The translations under genes and the position numbers were made by a program. The notes beneath the pieces were generated by a model, which saw only the letters and a program-made list of their open reading frames with translations, did not search any database and was not told the origin of the DNA. A stretch of 64,000 nucleotides of DNA, taken from contig CAVUWV010000027.1 of assembly GCA_963745075.1 (NCBI GenBank), forward strand, positions 128,001 through 192,000, read 5' to 3'. Below are positions 1 through 9,389 of the stretch, piece by piece (position 1 is the first letter of the stretch; the number at the start of each line of letters is the position of its first letter). This DNA is from Candidatus Hydrogenedentota bacterium (lineage in GTDB: Bacteria > Hydrogenedentota > Hydrogenedentia > Hydrogenedentales > SLHB01).

Positions 1-710
1 TGGTTCGTGCCACGACCCACTACTATAGCATGAGCGTCGCACCCGGCGTCCACCAGACGCCGAATCGCCCGGAAAAAGTCCTCGTATCGGCGGTGCGTCT
101 GCATCCGGGCCACGATGCCCACCACAAATGCGTTACGCGGAATTCCCAGCCAACGCCGACCGTCCGGCACCTCCCGGGACGGGTCAAAACGTTCCACATC
201 TACAGCTCCCGGAAGTACTTGCATAGACTCGCGGGGGAAGCCGTAGGTTTCAAGATCATGTTCCAGTGCGACTTGCGAGGGTTCCAACAGGCGGCTCGTA
301 GCGGCCAGAAGGGGCCCCTGCCGGGCCGGACATTGAAGGCCCGTGCCGTCGTAATTGGAGCGCACCACAGGGATTCCCCGTTTCCGGGCCGGGCCCAGCG
401 CCACTCGATGATCGTTCTCCAGATGACAGTGCAAGATATCGTACGGGGTGCGGTCCAGGAATCGCCCAAGAGCCCGGCTGTCAATAAAATTGCCAACGGG
501 ATTCCGGTGTTTGGATAACCGGAACTGGAGAATCGGCTCGACGCCGCGGTCGCGGGCTGTTTCCAGCAGGGTGTGCTGTTTCCCCGCCGGGAGCGCGGGA
601 AAGGCCAGGTCGGCTTCCACGCCGGCGCGACGCAACGACACGCACAGGTTTAGCGCCGGTTCCGCCGGACCCGTATATTTCGCGTTGCTGAAGAGGTGAA
701 GGACTCGCAT
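1..710 (-). CDS. Glycosyltransferase family 4 (GT-B), 3' end outside the window
   Basis: Not in the ORF track. Manual translation from ATG at 710 gives MRVLHLFSNAKYTGPAEPALNL...YDILHCH...PGAVDVERFDP...FVVGIVARMQ..., a typical GT4 N-terminal domain, open to the window edge. Confidence 0.85.
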   Translation of the reverse strand, partial: MRVLHLFSNAKYTGPAEPALNLCVSLRRAGVEADLAFPALPAGKQHTLLETARDRGVEPILQFRLSKHRNPVGNFIDSRALGRFLDRTPYDILHCHLENDHRVALGPARKRGIPVVRSNYDGTGLQCPARQGPLLAATSRLLEPSQVALEHDLETYGFPRESMQVLPGAVDVERFDPSREVPDGRRWLGIPRNAFVVGIVARMQTHRRYEDFFRAIRRLVDAGCDAHAIVVGRGTN

Positions 711-777
711 GGGCTTGCTTCGCTCAACGCCGTCGCCGTAAACAACCCCGGAGACGCCAGGTTCGGTGAAAGATGGA

Positions 778-3700
778 CTACGCAGCGCCCTCGAACTTGA
801 CGCTTACCAACTGGGAAACTCCGCGTTCTTGTTGCGTGACGCCGTACAGCGCATCGGCCTTCGACATGGTTTGCTTGTTGTGCGTAATGACCACAAACTG
901 GCTCGACGCCGTGAATTCCTCTAGGAGCGCAAGAAAGCGGCCGATGTTCGCGTCGTCCAGGGGGGCATCCACCTCGTCCAGCACGCAAAACGGACTGGGC
1001 TTGGCCTTGAAGATGCTGAACAACAGGGCGACCGCCGTCATGGCGCTCTCGCCACCCGAAAGCAAGGAAATCAACGTCGGCTTCTTGCCGGGAGGCCGCG
1101 CCTCGATTTCGATTCCGGATTCCAGCGGATCGTCTTCATCGAGCAGATAGACCCGGGCCTGGCCGCCGTTGAACAAACGGCGGAAGTAATTGCTGAAATT
1201 GTCGCTGATACTTTTGAACGTATCGAGAAACATCTCGCGAATGCGCTTATCGCTTCGTTCGATCACGCCCATCAGCGCTTCCCGGGCTTCGTGCAGATCC
1301 TGCGATTGGGTTTCGAGGAAAGTGTTGCGCTCTTCCAGAGCCTCGTACTCTTCAATGGCCATTAGGTTGACTTCGCCCATCCGTTGAATCCGTTGACGCA
1401 ATTCGTCTACCAGCTTATGGCGTGTCTCGTCGTCGTACTCGTCCGTCCCCACATTTTCGGCGTCCAACGAGGCCAACGAGACCTGATACTCATCGGCGAT
1501 GCGTTCTTGGAAGAACTCCACGCGATCCTCGTTGTGACGCAGTTGCAGTTCCAGGCGATGGACCTCGGACTGGGCCGAACGGGATTCCTCGCGGTACTGC
1601 TTGAGCTCTTTGTCGATTGCATCGCCCTCGTCGAGAAGAGTTTGAAGTTGGTTCTGTGCTTCGACCGCTTTGCGCGTCGCCTCTTCTTTGGTTTCAGACA
1701 ACGCCTTAGAACGTTCAATATTCAGGGCGATATCGCTTTCAAGGGTGGACCTCTGCTGCTCCAATTCCTGGATCAATTCCGCCCGGCGCTCAGCCTGCGT
1801 GAGAGCTTCCGTCCGCTCCCGTTCTTCCCGTTGCCGGTCGCGCTCCACTTCCTCGAGGCGTTGCGCAAGGCTCGCCTTCCTGACGCGCAAGTCTGCCAGC
1901 GTGCTCGAACACGCGGACAACGCTTGGCGCGCTTGCGATGCCGCCTCCTGTGCTTCTGACATCTGCTGTTGGAGTATCTCGTCGTCGCTCTGGATCGTGT
2001 CCGCGCGCTGCAATGCCTCACGGCGCTGCGCTTCGAATTGTTCGCGGCGCTGGCCAAGTTCATTACGGCGTTCATCCAGCGCGTGCCCGGCTTGCACGAG
2101 GTTATCGAGTTCCGCCCCCGACCGGGCCACGACGACACCCACCTCGTTGGCCTCTTTGCGAAGACTCGCGAGACGGCCATCGAGCGCGGTCAGTTCCCCG
2201 GCAACTTCCGACAGCGCCGTGCTCAGGCGTTCACGGTCGGCGGCAATGCCCTTAATAATACCCTCCGCCTCGCTCACGCGCCGTTCCAATTCCGCAATTT
2301 CCGCGCTGCGGCCCAGCAGCCCGCGACTTTCGTGCCGCGTGCGTCCACCGGTCACCGCTCCCGCCGAAGACACGACTTCGCCGTCCAGCGTGACCAGCCG
2401 CGGATGGCCGGTTCGTGACCGGGTGATGCGGATGGCGTCGTCCAGGGTTTCCACGATGATAGTGCTGTGAAGCAGATACTCCACCGCACTCTGCAACCGC
2501 GGATCGAACCGCACGTAGTCAATCGCCATGCCGACGACCCCGGGTTGATCGCGCAAGGACGATCCGTCGTCGCGCAATCCGCCGCGAATCGTGTCCAGCG
2601 GCAGGAAGGTCACGCGCCCTGCCGTGTGCTGTTTGAGGAATCCGATCGCATCTTTCGCCGCGTCGGCGTTTTCGGCGACCACATTGTTAATGTTGCCGCC
2701 CAACGCCGCTTCGATGGCCTTTTCATATTCCTTATCGGACGATAGCAGGTCGCCCACCGGGCCGATGATGCCGTTCAGTGTACCCATTCCACTGGCTTTC
2801 ATGACGGCCCGGACACCCACCGCGAACCCTTCGTAGTTATCGCGGAGTTCGCGCAGCGAATTCAGCCGCGCATCGATACTGCTTTTCTGTTCGCGTTGGC
2901 TGCGCCATTGTTCGTCCAGTTCTTTGAGCGCCATACTGTGCTCTTCGCGCGCAACTTGTAATTCATCCCGGCGCCGTTCTGCTGCCGACAGTTCGGACTG
3001 TTTCTCGGCTTCCCGCGCCCGGTCCGATTCCAGTGCCGCGAGAAGTTCTTCGCGTCGCGTGGATACGTCGTTCTGTTCCTCGTATACGCGCTCCAGCTGC
3101 GCGTCGGTCGCTGCAATGTTATCCGCGAGCGTCTCGATGGCGCTTTGCGTGCGAGCGCGGTCCGTCATACGTTCCGAGGCTTGCGTACGCATCGCCTCCA
3201 AGCGCTCATCGGCCTCCGCGACCCGCTCGGCAAGCTGGGCGTACTCGACCCCCTGTTGTTCCAACTCCTCCTCGGAACCGGCTAACTCGTTTCGCACCTC
3301 GCTCGCGCGTTCGTCAGTGCCGGTTACCTGCTCGGCTAAGACCGCGGCCCGCCCCTGGAGGGACTGCTGATCTTCGAAGGCCTGCTCTCGCTTTTCGTCG
3401 GCGTAGGCGATCTGCTGGCGGAGCAGTGCGATCTGCCGTTCGATCTTCTCCATCTCGGAATCGATCTCGTGAACGCCCTGCTGGCGTGCCAGCCGCACCC
3501 GCTCCACTTCGAGCCGGTTCAGCCCGACCTCTTCCTGTCGCGCTTCCAGCGTCGTGATCCGGGTGGTCAATCCCTCGTACTGTTTGCTGGACGCCGCAAA
3601 ACCTTTCTTGAGTTCGGCGATTTCGCTCGTCAGCCGTACAAATTCGAACCAGGCCGCGCGGATTTCGATGTCGCGTAGCTGATCCGTCAACTCCCGGTAG

Positions 3701-4341
3701 CGGATGGCGGCGTTGACCTGCCGTTTCAAAGAACGCATCTGCCGCTGAACTTCCGCGATGATGTCACTGAGACGAAGTAAATTCTGCTCGGCCGATTCCA
3801 AACGACGCATCGCGAGCCGTTTGCGGTTCTTGTATTTGATGATTCCCGCCGCTTCTTCGAACAAGTACCGGCGATCTTCCGGCTTCGAACTCAGAATCAG
3901 ATCCATCTTCCCCTGGCCCACCATCGAGTAGGCCTGCGTGCCGATACCCGTGTCCATAAACATTTCATGGATGTCTTTCAGCCGGCACGGGGCTTTGTTG
4001 ATGAGGTATTCACTCTCGCCGGAGCGATACACGCGGCGGGTAATCTGAACTTCCGCAAAGTCTACCGGAAGTTTGGAATCGGCGTTGTCGAAGGTAACCG
4101 AAACCTCCGCCATACCGAGCGCGTGGCGGTTCTCGCTGCCGTTGAACACCACATCCTGCATGTGGGAGCCGCGCAGTTCCTTCGCGCGCTGTTCCCCCAA
4201 CACCCACCGCAACGCGTCCAGAATGTTACTTTTGCCGCAGCCGTTCGGCCCGACAATCGCGGTGACTCCCTGTTCCATGCGAAGTAGCGTGCGATCGGCA
4301 AACGATTTGAAGCCGGTCATCTCGAGTTGCTTAAAGTACAT
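778..4341 (-). CDS. smc: Chromosome segregation protein SMC
   Basis: 1187 aa; Walker A GPNGCGKS, long coiled coils, hinge (GRVTFLPLD...GAVTGG), signature LSGGE, Walker B/D-loop VLDEVDAPLD. Confidence 0.98.
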   Translation of the reverse strand: MYFKQLEMTGFKSFADRTLLRMEQGVTAIVGPNGCGKSNILDALRWVLGEQRAKELRGSHMQDVVFNGSENRHALGMAEVSVTFDNADSKLPVDFAEVQITRRVYRSGESEYLINKAPCRLKDIHEMFMDTGIGTQAYSMVGQGKMDLILSSKPEDRRYLFEEAAGIIKYKNRKRLAMRRLESAEQNLLRLSDIIAEVQRQMRSLKRQVNAAIRYRELTDQLRDIEIRAAWFEFVRLTSEIAELKKGFAASSKQYEGLTTRITTLEARQEEVGLNRLEVERVRLARQQGVHEIDSEMEKIERQIALLRQQIAYADEKREQAFEDQQSLQGRAAVLAEQVTGTDERASEVRNELAGSEEELEQQGVEYAQLAERVAEADERLEAMRTQASERMTDRARTQSAIETLADNIAATDAQLERVYEEQNDVSTRREELLAALESDRAREAEKQSELSAAERRRDELQVAREEHSMALKELDEQWRSQREQKSSIDARLNSLRELRDNYEGFAVGVRAVMKASGMGTLNGIIGPVGDLLSSDKEYEKAIEAALGGNINNVVAENADAAKDAIGFLKQHTAGRVTFLPLDTIRGGLRDDGSSLRDQPGVVGMAIDYVRFDPRLQSAVEYLLHSTIIVETLDDAIRITRSRTGHPRLVTLDGEVVSSAGAVTGGRTRHESRGLLGRSAEIAELERRVSEAEGIIKGIAADRERLSTALSEVAGELTALDGRLASLRKEANEVGVVVARSGAELDNLVQAGHALDERRNELGQRREQFEAQRREALQRADTIQSDDEILQQQMSEAQEAASQARQALSACSSTLADLRVRKASLAQRLEEVERDRQREERERTEALTQAERRAELIQELEQQRSTLESDIALNIERSKALSETKEEATRKAVEAQNQLQTLLDEGDAIDKELKQYREESRSAQSEVHRLELQLRHNEDRVEFFQERIADEYQVSLASLDAENVGTDEYDDETRHKLVDELRQRIQRMGEVNLMAIEEYEALEERNTFLETQSQDLHEAREALMGVIERSDKRIREMFLDTFKSISDNFSNYFRRLFNGGQARVYLLDEDDPLESGIEIEARPPGKKPTLISLLSGGESAMTAVALLFSIFKAKPSPFCVLDEVDAPLDDANIGRFLALLEEFTASSQFVVITHNKQTMSKADALYGVTQQERGVSQLVSVKFEGAA

Positions 4342-4412
4342 CGAGCGTCAATTGGTTCCTCAACCGCGTCGTGCGGATTGTATGATTCGTTCCGTCGCGT
4401 GAAAACCGGAAT

Positions 4413-5204
4413 TCACACCGTGTCATCCGTCGCGTGCAGCACACGTTCAATCGACCGGGCCATCCCCGTGTCGTCGTCCGCGTCGATCACGACCGCGCTG
4501 ATTCCGGGACGTTCCTTCGCAACCGTGTGGGGCACAGGCATGCCCGTGAGAAACTTCTGCACACTGAGTTTCCGATCGAGTCCAATTACCGAGTCGAACG
4601 GCCCCGTCATTCCCACATCCGTTATGTACGCGGTCCCCTTCGGCAACACGCGCTCGTCCGCAGTCTGCACGTGCGTATGGGTGCCCACGACGGCCGTGCA
4701 TTTTCCGTCCAGATACCACCCCATCGCCACCTTTTCCGCCGTGGCTTCCGCATGAAAATCCACCAAGACCAACGGCGTTTCCGCACGAAGCTTTTCCACC
4801 TCGCAAAGACCCACCTCAAAAGGGCTGGCAAACGGTTCCATGTACACCCTGCCCAGGAGATTCGTGAAACCTACCTTCCGGCCATCCTCAAGCGCAATGA
4901 CCATGCTGCCCTGGCCCGGGCTTTGGTCGGGGTAGTTCGCGGGGCGGATAACCGGACCCACCGAATCAATGCCCTGAATGAGTTCGCGCTTGCGCCACGT
5001 ATGGTTTCCCATGGTGACACCCTGGACGCCCATCGACAGGATTTCCCTCAGGATTGCAGGGGTGGCCCCGAGCCCGCCCGCGGCATTTTCCCCATTCGCC
5101 AGAACCAAGTCAATCCGGTGGGCTTCCCGCAGTTCCGGTAGCCACCGTTTGACACAAGTCCGGCCCACGCTACCGACGATGTCGCCGATAAACAGGATAC
5201 GCAT
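4413..5204 (-). CDS. ymdB: TIGR00282/YmdB family metallophosphoesterase
   Basis: MRILFIGDIVG, NGENAAGG, TMGNH, DFHAEAT, GTHTHVQTAD motifs; conserved position downstream of rny. Confidence 0.93.
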   Translation of the reverse strand: MRILFIGDIVGSVGRTCVKRWLPELREAHRIDLVLANGENAAGGLGATPAILREILSMGVQGVTMGNHTWRKRELIQGIDSVGPVIRPANYPDQSPGQGSMVIALEDGRKVGFTNLLGRVYMEPFASPFEVGLCEVEKLRAETPLVLVDFHAEATAEKVAMGWYLDGKCTAVVGTHTHVQTADERVLPKGTAYITDVGMTGPFDSVIGLDRKLSVQKFLTGMPVPHTVAKERPGISAVVIDADDDTGMARSIERVLHATDDTV

Positions 5205-5214
5205 CGGCCTCGAG

Positions 5215-6777
5215 CTACTTCGCCAGTTCGGACGCGCGGGTTTCGCGAATCACGGTCACCTTAATCTGTCCGGGATAGGTCATCTCGGACTCGACCTTGC
5301 GCGCCACGTCCCGGGCCAATTGCATCGCCTCCGCATCGGAAATCCGGTCGGGCTGGACCGCGATCCGAATCTCGCGGCCCGCCTGCAGCGCGTAAGACTT
5401 CTCCACGCCGGGAAACGCGTCCGCGATCTCCTCCAATTGTTCGAGGCGCTTGATGTACGTTTCGACCGTCTCGCGCCGCGCACCGGGACGGGCTGCCGAC
5501 AACGCGTCCGCCGCTTGCACCAGCAACGCCATGACTGACTTTTGCTCCATCTCGTTGTGGTGGGCGCCTACGGCATTCGCAATCGGTTCGCTCTCACCGT
5601 ACCGCTTCACGAAATCATGGCCGATCACCGCATGCGACCCCTCGACTTCGTGACTGATCGATTTCCCGATATCGTGGATCAATGCCGCCCGCTTGGTTTC
5701 CTGGACGTTCAGGCCCAGTTCCGAGGCCATGATTCCGGCGAGGTGACACACTTCCATCGAATGCTTTAACACGTTCTGGCCGTATGACGTACGATAGCTG
5801 AGCCTCCCCAGCAACTTGATGATCTCGGGATGGAGCCCATGCACGTCGACTTCGAGGCAGGCCTGCTCGCCCATCTCCTTGATCGTCTTGGCCATCTCCT
5901 CCTTGACTTTTTCCACCACTTCCTCGATGCGAGCGGGGTGGATGCGACCGTCGGAAATGAGGCGCTCCAGCGTGATACGCGCAATCTCGCGCCGTACCGG
6001 GTCGAATCCCGACAGAATGACGGCTTCCGGCGTGTCGTCGATAATGATATTGATGCCGGTGGCGCTTTCGAGAGCTCGGATATTCCGGCCTTCACGCCCG
6101 ATGATCCTGCCCTTCATTTCGTCGTTCGGCAGCGGCACCACGGAAACCGTCGTTTCCGCGACGTGGTCCGCCGCGCAACGTTGAATCGCCTGGCCAATGA
6201 CCCATTTGGCCTTCTTGTCCGCATTGTCGACCAATTCTTCTTCGATGCGCTTCAAGCGCAACGCCGTATCGCGGCGCACCTCGGTTTCGAGCTGCTGAAA
6301 CAGTTCCTTGCGCGCTTCATCCGCGCTCATACCCGAGATATACTCGAGTTTTTGGGTCTGCTCGGCGATGACTTGGGTAAGTTTCTCTTTTTCCTTGGAT
6401 AACGCGCTTTCACGTCCGGCCAGCTCGCGCTCTTTTGCGGCCAGCTCGCCGGCCTTTCGTTCTACAGATTCCACCCGCTTGTCAACGGTTTCTTCTTTCG
6501 CGAGGATGCGCTTTTCCAGCGCTACAAGCTCTTTGCGGAATTCTCGAGCTTCTCGTTCAGCTTCCTCGCGAAGCTGAATCCGCTGCTCTTTAATGGTGGT
6601 ATTCGCTTCCTTGATGATCGAAGCGGCTTCGCGTTCTGCGTCTGAAATGGTCTGGGCCGCGTCTCGGCGCGCCTTGCCCAGTAAACTCCTCCCAAAAAGA
6701 CTGGCGCCGACAACCGCGACGACCAGTCCCGCCACGAAACCTGCCCCGATCCACGCGAAAATCAGTGGATCAGACAT
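5215..6777 (-). CDS. rny: Ribonuclease Y
   Basis: N-terminal TM helix, coiled coil, KH domain ([13 protein letters not shown]), HD domain (IHDIGK), [15 protein letters not shown]. Confidence 0.98.
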   Translation of the reverse strand: MSDPLIFAWIGAGFVAGLVVAVVGASLFGRSLLGKARRDAAQTISDAEREAASIIKEANTTIKEQRIQLREEAEREAREFRKELVALEKRILAKEETVDKRVESVERKAGELAAKERELAGRESALSKEKEKLTQVIAEQTQKLEYISGMSADEARKELFQQLETEVRRDTALRLKRIEEELVDNADKKAKWVIGQAIQRCAADHVAETTVSVVPLPNDEMKGRIIGREGRNIRALESATGINIIIDDTPEAVILSGFDPVRREIARITLERLISDGRIHPARIEEVVEKVKEEMAKTIKEMGEQACLEVDVHGLHPEIIKLLGRLSYRTSYGQNVLKHSMEVCHLAGIMASELGLNVQETKRAALIHDIGKSISHEVEGSHAVIGHDFVKRYGESEPIANAVGAHHNEMEQKSVMALLVQAADALSAARPGARRETVETYIKRLEQLEEIADAFPGVEKSYALQAGREIRIAVQPDRISDAEAMQLARDVARKVESEMTYPGQIKVTVIRETRASELAK

Positions 6778-6815
6778 GTACTAGACCTCCATCCCCCAAA
6801 AAGGGACGCCTGTTT

Positions 6816-6919
6816 GAGCCCTGCCCGAGGCATCGAGGAGGTCAAAGGGAAGAGTGAGCCGCCGTTTCAAGATCTAAAATATAGTCAGATATAACCTTAG
6901 CACGAACACCCCAAGGCTC
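6816..6919 (-). ncRNA. Candidate structured RNA in the rny leader (6S-like closing stem or cis-regulatory element)
   Basis: Minus-strand RNA pairs GAGCCUUG/CAGGGCUC, GGGUGUUCG/CGAUGCCUC and AGGUUA/UGACCU, enclosing an AU-rich centre with a small AUCUGA/UUAGAU hairpin. Upstream of rny is a known 6S RNA location, but this element is shorter than canonical 6S. Confidence 0.35.
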
Positions 6920-7042
6920 GGCTTAGCCATTCCAACCATACGCGAAACGCCGCTGCGGCGAGGAGAACTCATGTCACCGTATCCCTTTTGCTCCGAAATG
7001 CGTCGAAGAGCGAAAAAGTGAACTTCCTTGACTCCGACGGTA

Positions 7043-7072
7043 AGTATAAGGAGGCGAGTGCCCTCAAGTCAA
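7043..7072 (-). promoter_or_regulatory. Sigma70-type promoter for the rny-ymdB-smc transcript
   Basis: Minus strand TTGACT-18 nt-TATACT. Confidence 0.55.
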
Positions 7073-7275
7073 TTGGCTGCCCGGCTGAAAAACGAGTGCA
7101 ACATTTTATAACAGGCGCAGCGATTTCCGCGGCTTCAGCCATAACCCGTTGACTAAGAATTTAGACACGGGTACGCAAAGTGCGAAGAGCTTTTCTCGAA
7201 TTGTTGGTTAATGATATTCTGTCGCTGGCAATTCGGGCAGGACCGGATCGCACCGGGGAAGGAGTGAGGCCGATT

Positions 7276-7758
7276 GTGAAAGCCGAGTTGGTTAATCCAT
7301 TTGTTGAGAGTGTTTACGATCTGTTTGGAACCATGCTTTCCGCCAAGATCGTTCGGATCGGACTGGCCATTACCGAAGGCCGGCAAATGCCTCACGAAGT
7401 CATGGCACTCATCGGTTTCAGCGGCGTCATGCGCGGGACTGTCGCGCTGGCCCTGCCCGCCAGAACATGCCGCCTCATGGTGGGCAGGTTGTTGGGTCAG
7501 GAAATGCAAAGCGATGACGAAAGTGTTTCGGATACGATCGCCGAAATGGTCAATATCGTGGCAGGCTCGGCCAAGGCCAAACTCTCCCAAAAGGTCAAGC
7601 AGACCCTGGAGCTGAGCTTGCCCGTCGTGTTTCGCGGCAATGATTTCGATGTTTACTCGCCCTCGAAGGCGGTCTGGGTCGAAATCCCCTTCGAAAGCGA
7701 CCTTGGACCCCTTCGAATGCGGTTGTCGCTCAGGTCAAATATGGCTGGAGCCGCGTAA
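7276..7758 (+). CDS. cheX: CheX family chemotaxis phosphatase
   Basis: MKAELVNPFVESV start (GTG after a GGAG/GAGG RBS), IGFSG.MRG, E-x2-N motif (IAEMVNIVAG), LSLPVV. Confidence 0.85.
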   Translation: MKAELVNPFVESVYDLFGTMLSAKIVRIGLAITEGRQMPHEVMALIGFSGVMRGTVALALPARTCRLMVGRLLGQEMQSDDESVSDTIAEMVNIVAGSAKAKLSQKVKQTLELSLPVVFRGNDFDVYSPSKAVWVEIPFESDLGPLRMRLSLRSNMAGAA

Positions 7759-8031
7759 GTTGCAGTACGTCTAACGATCCCTGCAATCGCAATGCAACTT
7801 TTCGCAGTGTTCCGGTATAGAGTAGCTACTGTTGGTTGACTGGTTGAGGGAAAGCTGCAAGCAATCACGGTTTTTCACCGGCAATAGATCGCTGGCCTCA
7901 TGTGATTTATCCCTCTCCGTGCCCCAAAGTTTCGGGGTGATATATGCTGGTAAGCGTTCGTGCAGGCGGTTCGTTGCGCCCCCCTTGTATGTTGCAGGCC
8001 GTAGCGTACCGCGAGATAGGAGGGATTCGAC

Positions 8032-9372
8032 GTGGCTGACTCGTATAGCGAAAAACACCCGGGGTGCGAAGGATATCATTCCTGCTTCGGCAGAGGCATC
8101 GGTCGGCGGGATTTCCTGAAGGTCGGCGTGCTCTCCGGTTTGGGTCTGACGCTGGGCGATTACTTCCGCCTCCTGGACGCGAACGCTCAAGATGCGGCGC
8201 CGGATCCCAAGGCCCAGTCCGTCATTTTTATCTATTTGGCCGGCGGGATGAGCCACGTCGACACGTTCGACCCCAAACCGTATGCCCCCATCGAGTATCG
8301 TGGCGAATTGGGTTCCGTCAAGACGAACACGGGCGATGTCTTCGGCGGGCTCCTTCAGAACCTGTCTCAGACGGCGGACAAATTGTGCGTACTGCGATCG
8401 GTCACGCACGGCGAGGCCGCCCACGAACGCGGCACGCATAATATGCTTACGGGGTATCGGCCGAGTCCGGCGATCGTCTACCCCAGCATCGGGTCCGTCG
8501 TGGCGCATGAATATGGGCCGCGCAACGATTTACCTCCCTACGTCGCCATACCCAATGCGGCCAATACGTACATGGGTACCGGCTACCTGAGTTCGGCCTA
8601 CGGTCCTTTCAGCGTGGGGGGGGAACCGTCCGACAAGAATTTCCATGTGCGTGACCTTAACCTGCCGGACGGCGTCGATCCCGCGCGGATGGAAGCGCGG
8701 AAATCGCTCTTGAACGCTGTGGATACCCATTTTAAGGAACTGGAAAACGGCGATGCGCTGGATGCCATGGATAGCTATTACCAGCGCGCATACGCAATGA
8801 TCAGTTCGCAGACGGCGCGGGAAGCGTTCAACGTCGCTGCGGAACCCGATGACATCCGGGATCGCTATGGCCGGTCGGCCATGGGCCAGCGGCTTCTGCT
8901 GGCGCGTCGCCTGGTGGAAGGCGGAGCGCGATTCGTCACCGTCGTAGACGGCGGCTGGGACCATCACCAACACATCAAGAACGCCATGAGCACCAACGTG
9001 CCGCCGTTGGATCAGGGGCTTGCAGCGCTGGTGGCCGATCTGGATAGCCGCGGTTTGTTGAATCAGACGATGATCGTGCTCACCACCGAATTCGGTCGCA
9101 CCGTGCGCATCAACAAAGATGGCGGCCGCGACCACTGGCCGAAGGCGTTTAGCGTCATGCTCGCCGGCGGTGGCATCAAAGGCGGCGTGATTTACGGCAA
9201 GACGGATGCCTACGGTTCCGAGCCGACCGATTCTCCGGTCGGACCCGCCGATATTGCCGCCACCATTTTCACGCAGTTGGGCATCGATCCGACGCGGAAA
9301 CTGATGAGCCCCGGCAATCGTCCCATCGACATCGTTCGCAATGGCGGCCCCATTGGTAGCGTGATCGCATAG
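8032..9372 (+). CDS. DUF1501 domain protein with Tat signal
   Basis: GRRDFLKVG Tat motif; GGMSHVDTFDPKP, LLARRLVEGGARFV, GWDHH, TEFGRT, GRDHWP motifs. Confidence 0.92.
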   Translation: MADSYSEKHPGCEGYHSCFGRGIGRRDFLKVGVLSGLGLTLGDYFRLLDANAQDAAPDPKAQSVIFIYLAGGMSHVDTFDPKPYAPIEYRGELGSVKTNTGDVFGGLLQNLSQTADKLCVLRSVTHGEAAHERGTHNMLTGYRPSPAIVYPSIGSVVAHEYGPRNDLPPYVAIPNAANTYMGTGYLSSAYGPFSVGGEPSDKNFHVRDLNLPDGVDPARMEARKSLLNAVDTHFKELENGDALDAMDSYYQRAYAMISSQTAREAFNVAAEPDDIRDRYGRSAMGQRLLLARRLVEGGARFVTVVDGGWDHHQHIKNAMSTNVPPLDQGLAALVADLDSRGLLNQTMIVLTTEFGRTVRINKDGGRDHWPKAFSVMLAGGGIKGGVIYGKTDAYGSEPTDSPVGPADIAATIFTQLGIDPTRKLMSPGNRPIDIVRNGGPIGSVIA

Positions 9373-9389
9373 AGTTCCGACTGGATTGT

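Noticed and set aside
30..518. Plus-strand ORF of 162 aa
   Set aside because: Antisense shadow of the minus-strand GT4 gene starting at 710.
778..4341. Wadjet/MksB-type defence SMC
   Set aside because: Canonical hinge-containing SMC in a housekeeping rny-ymdB-smc context with no jet/mks partner genes.
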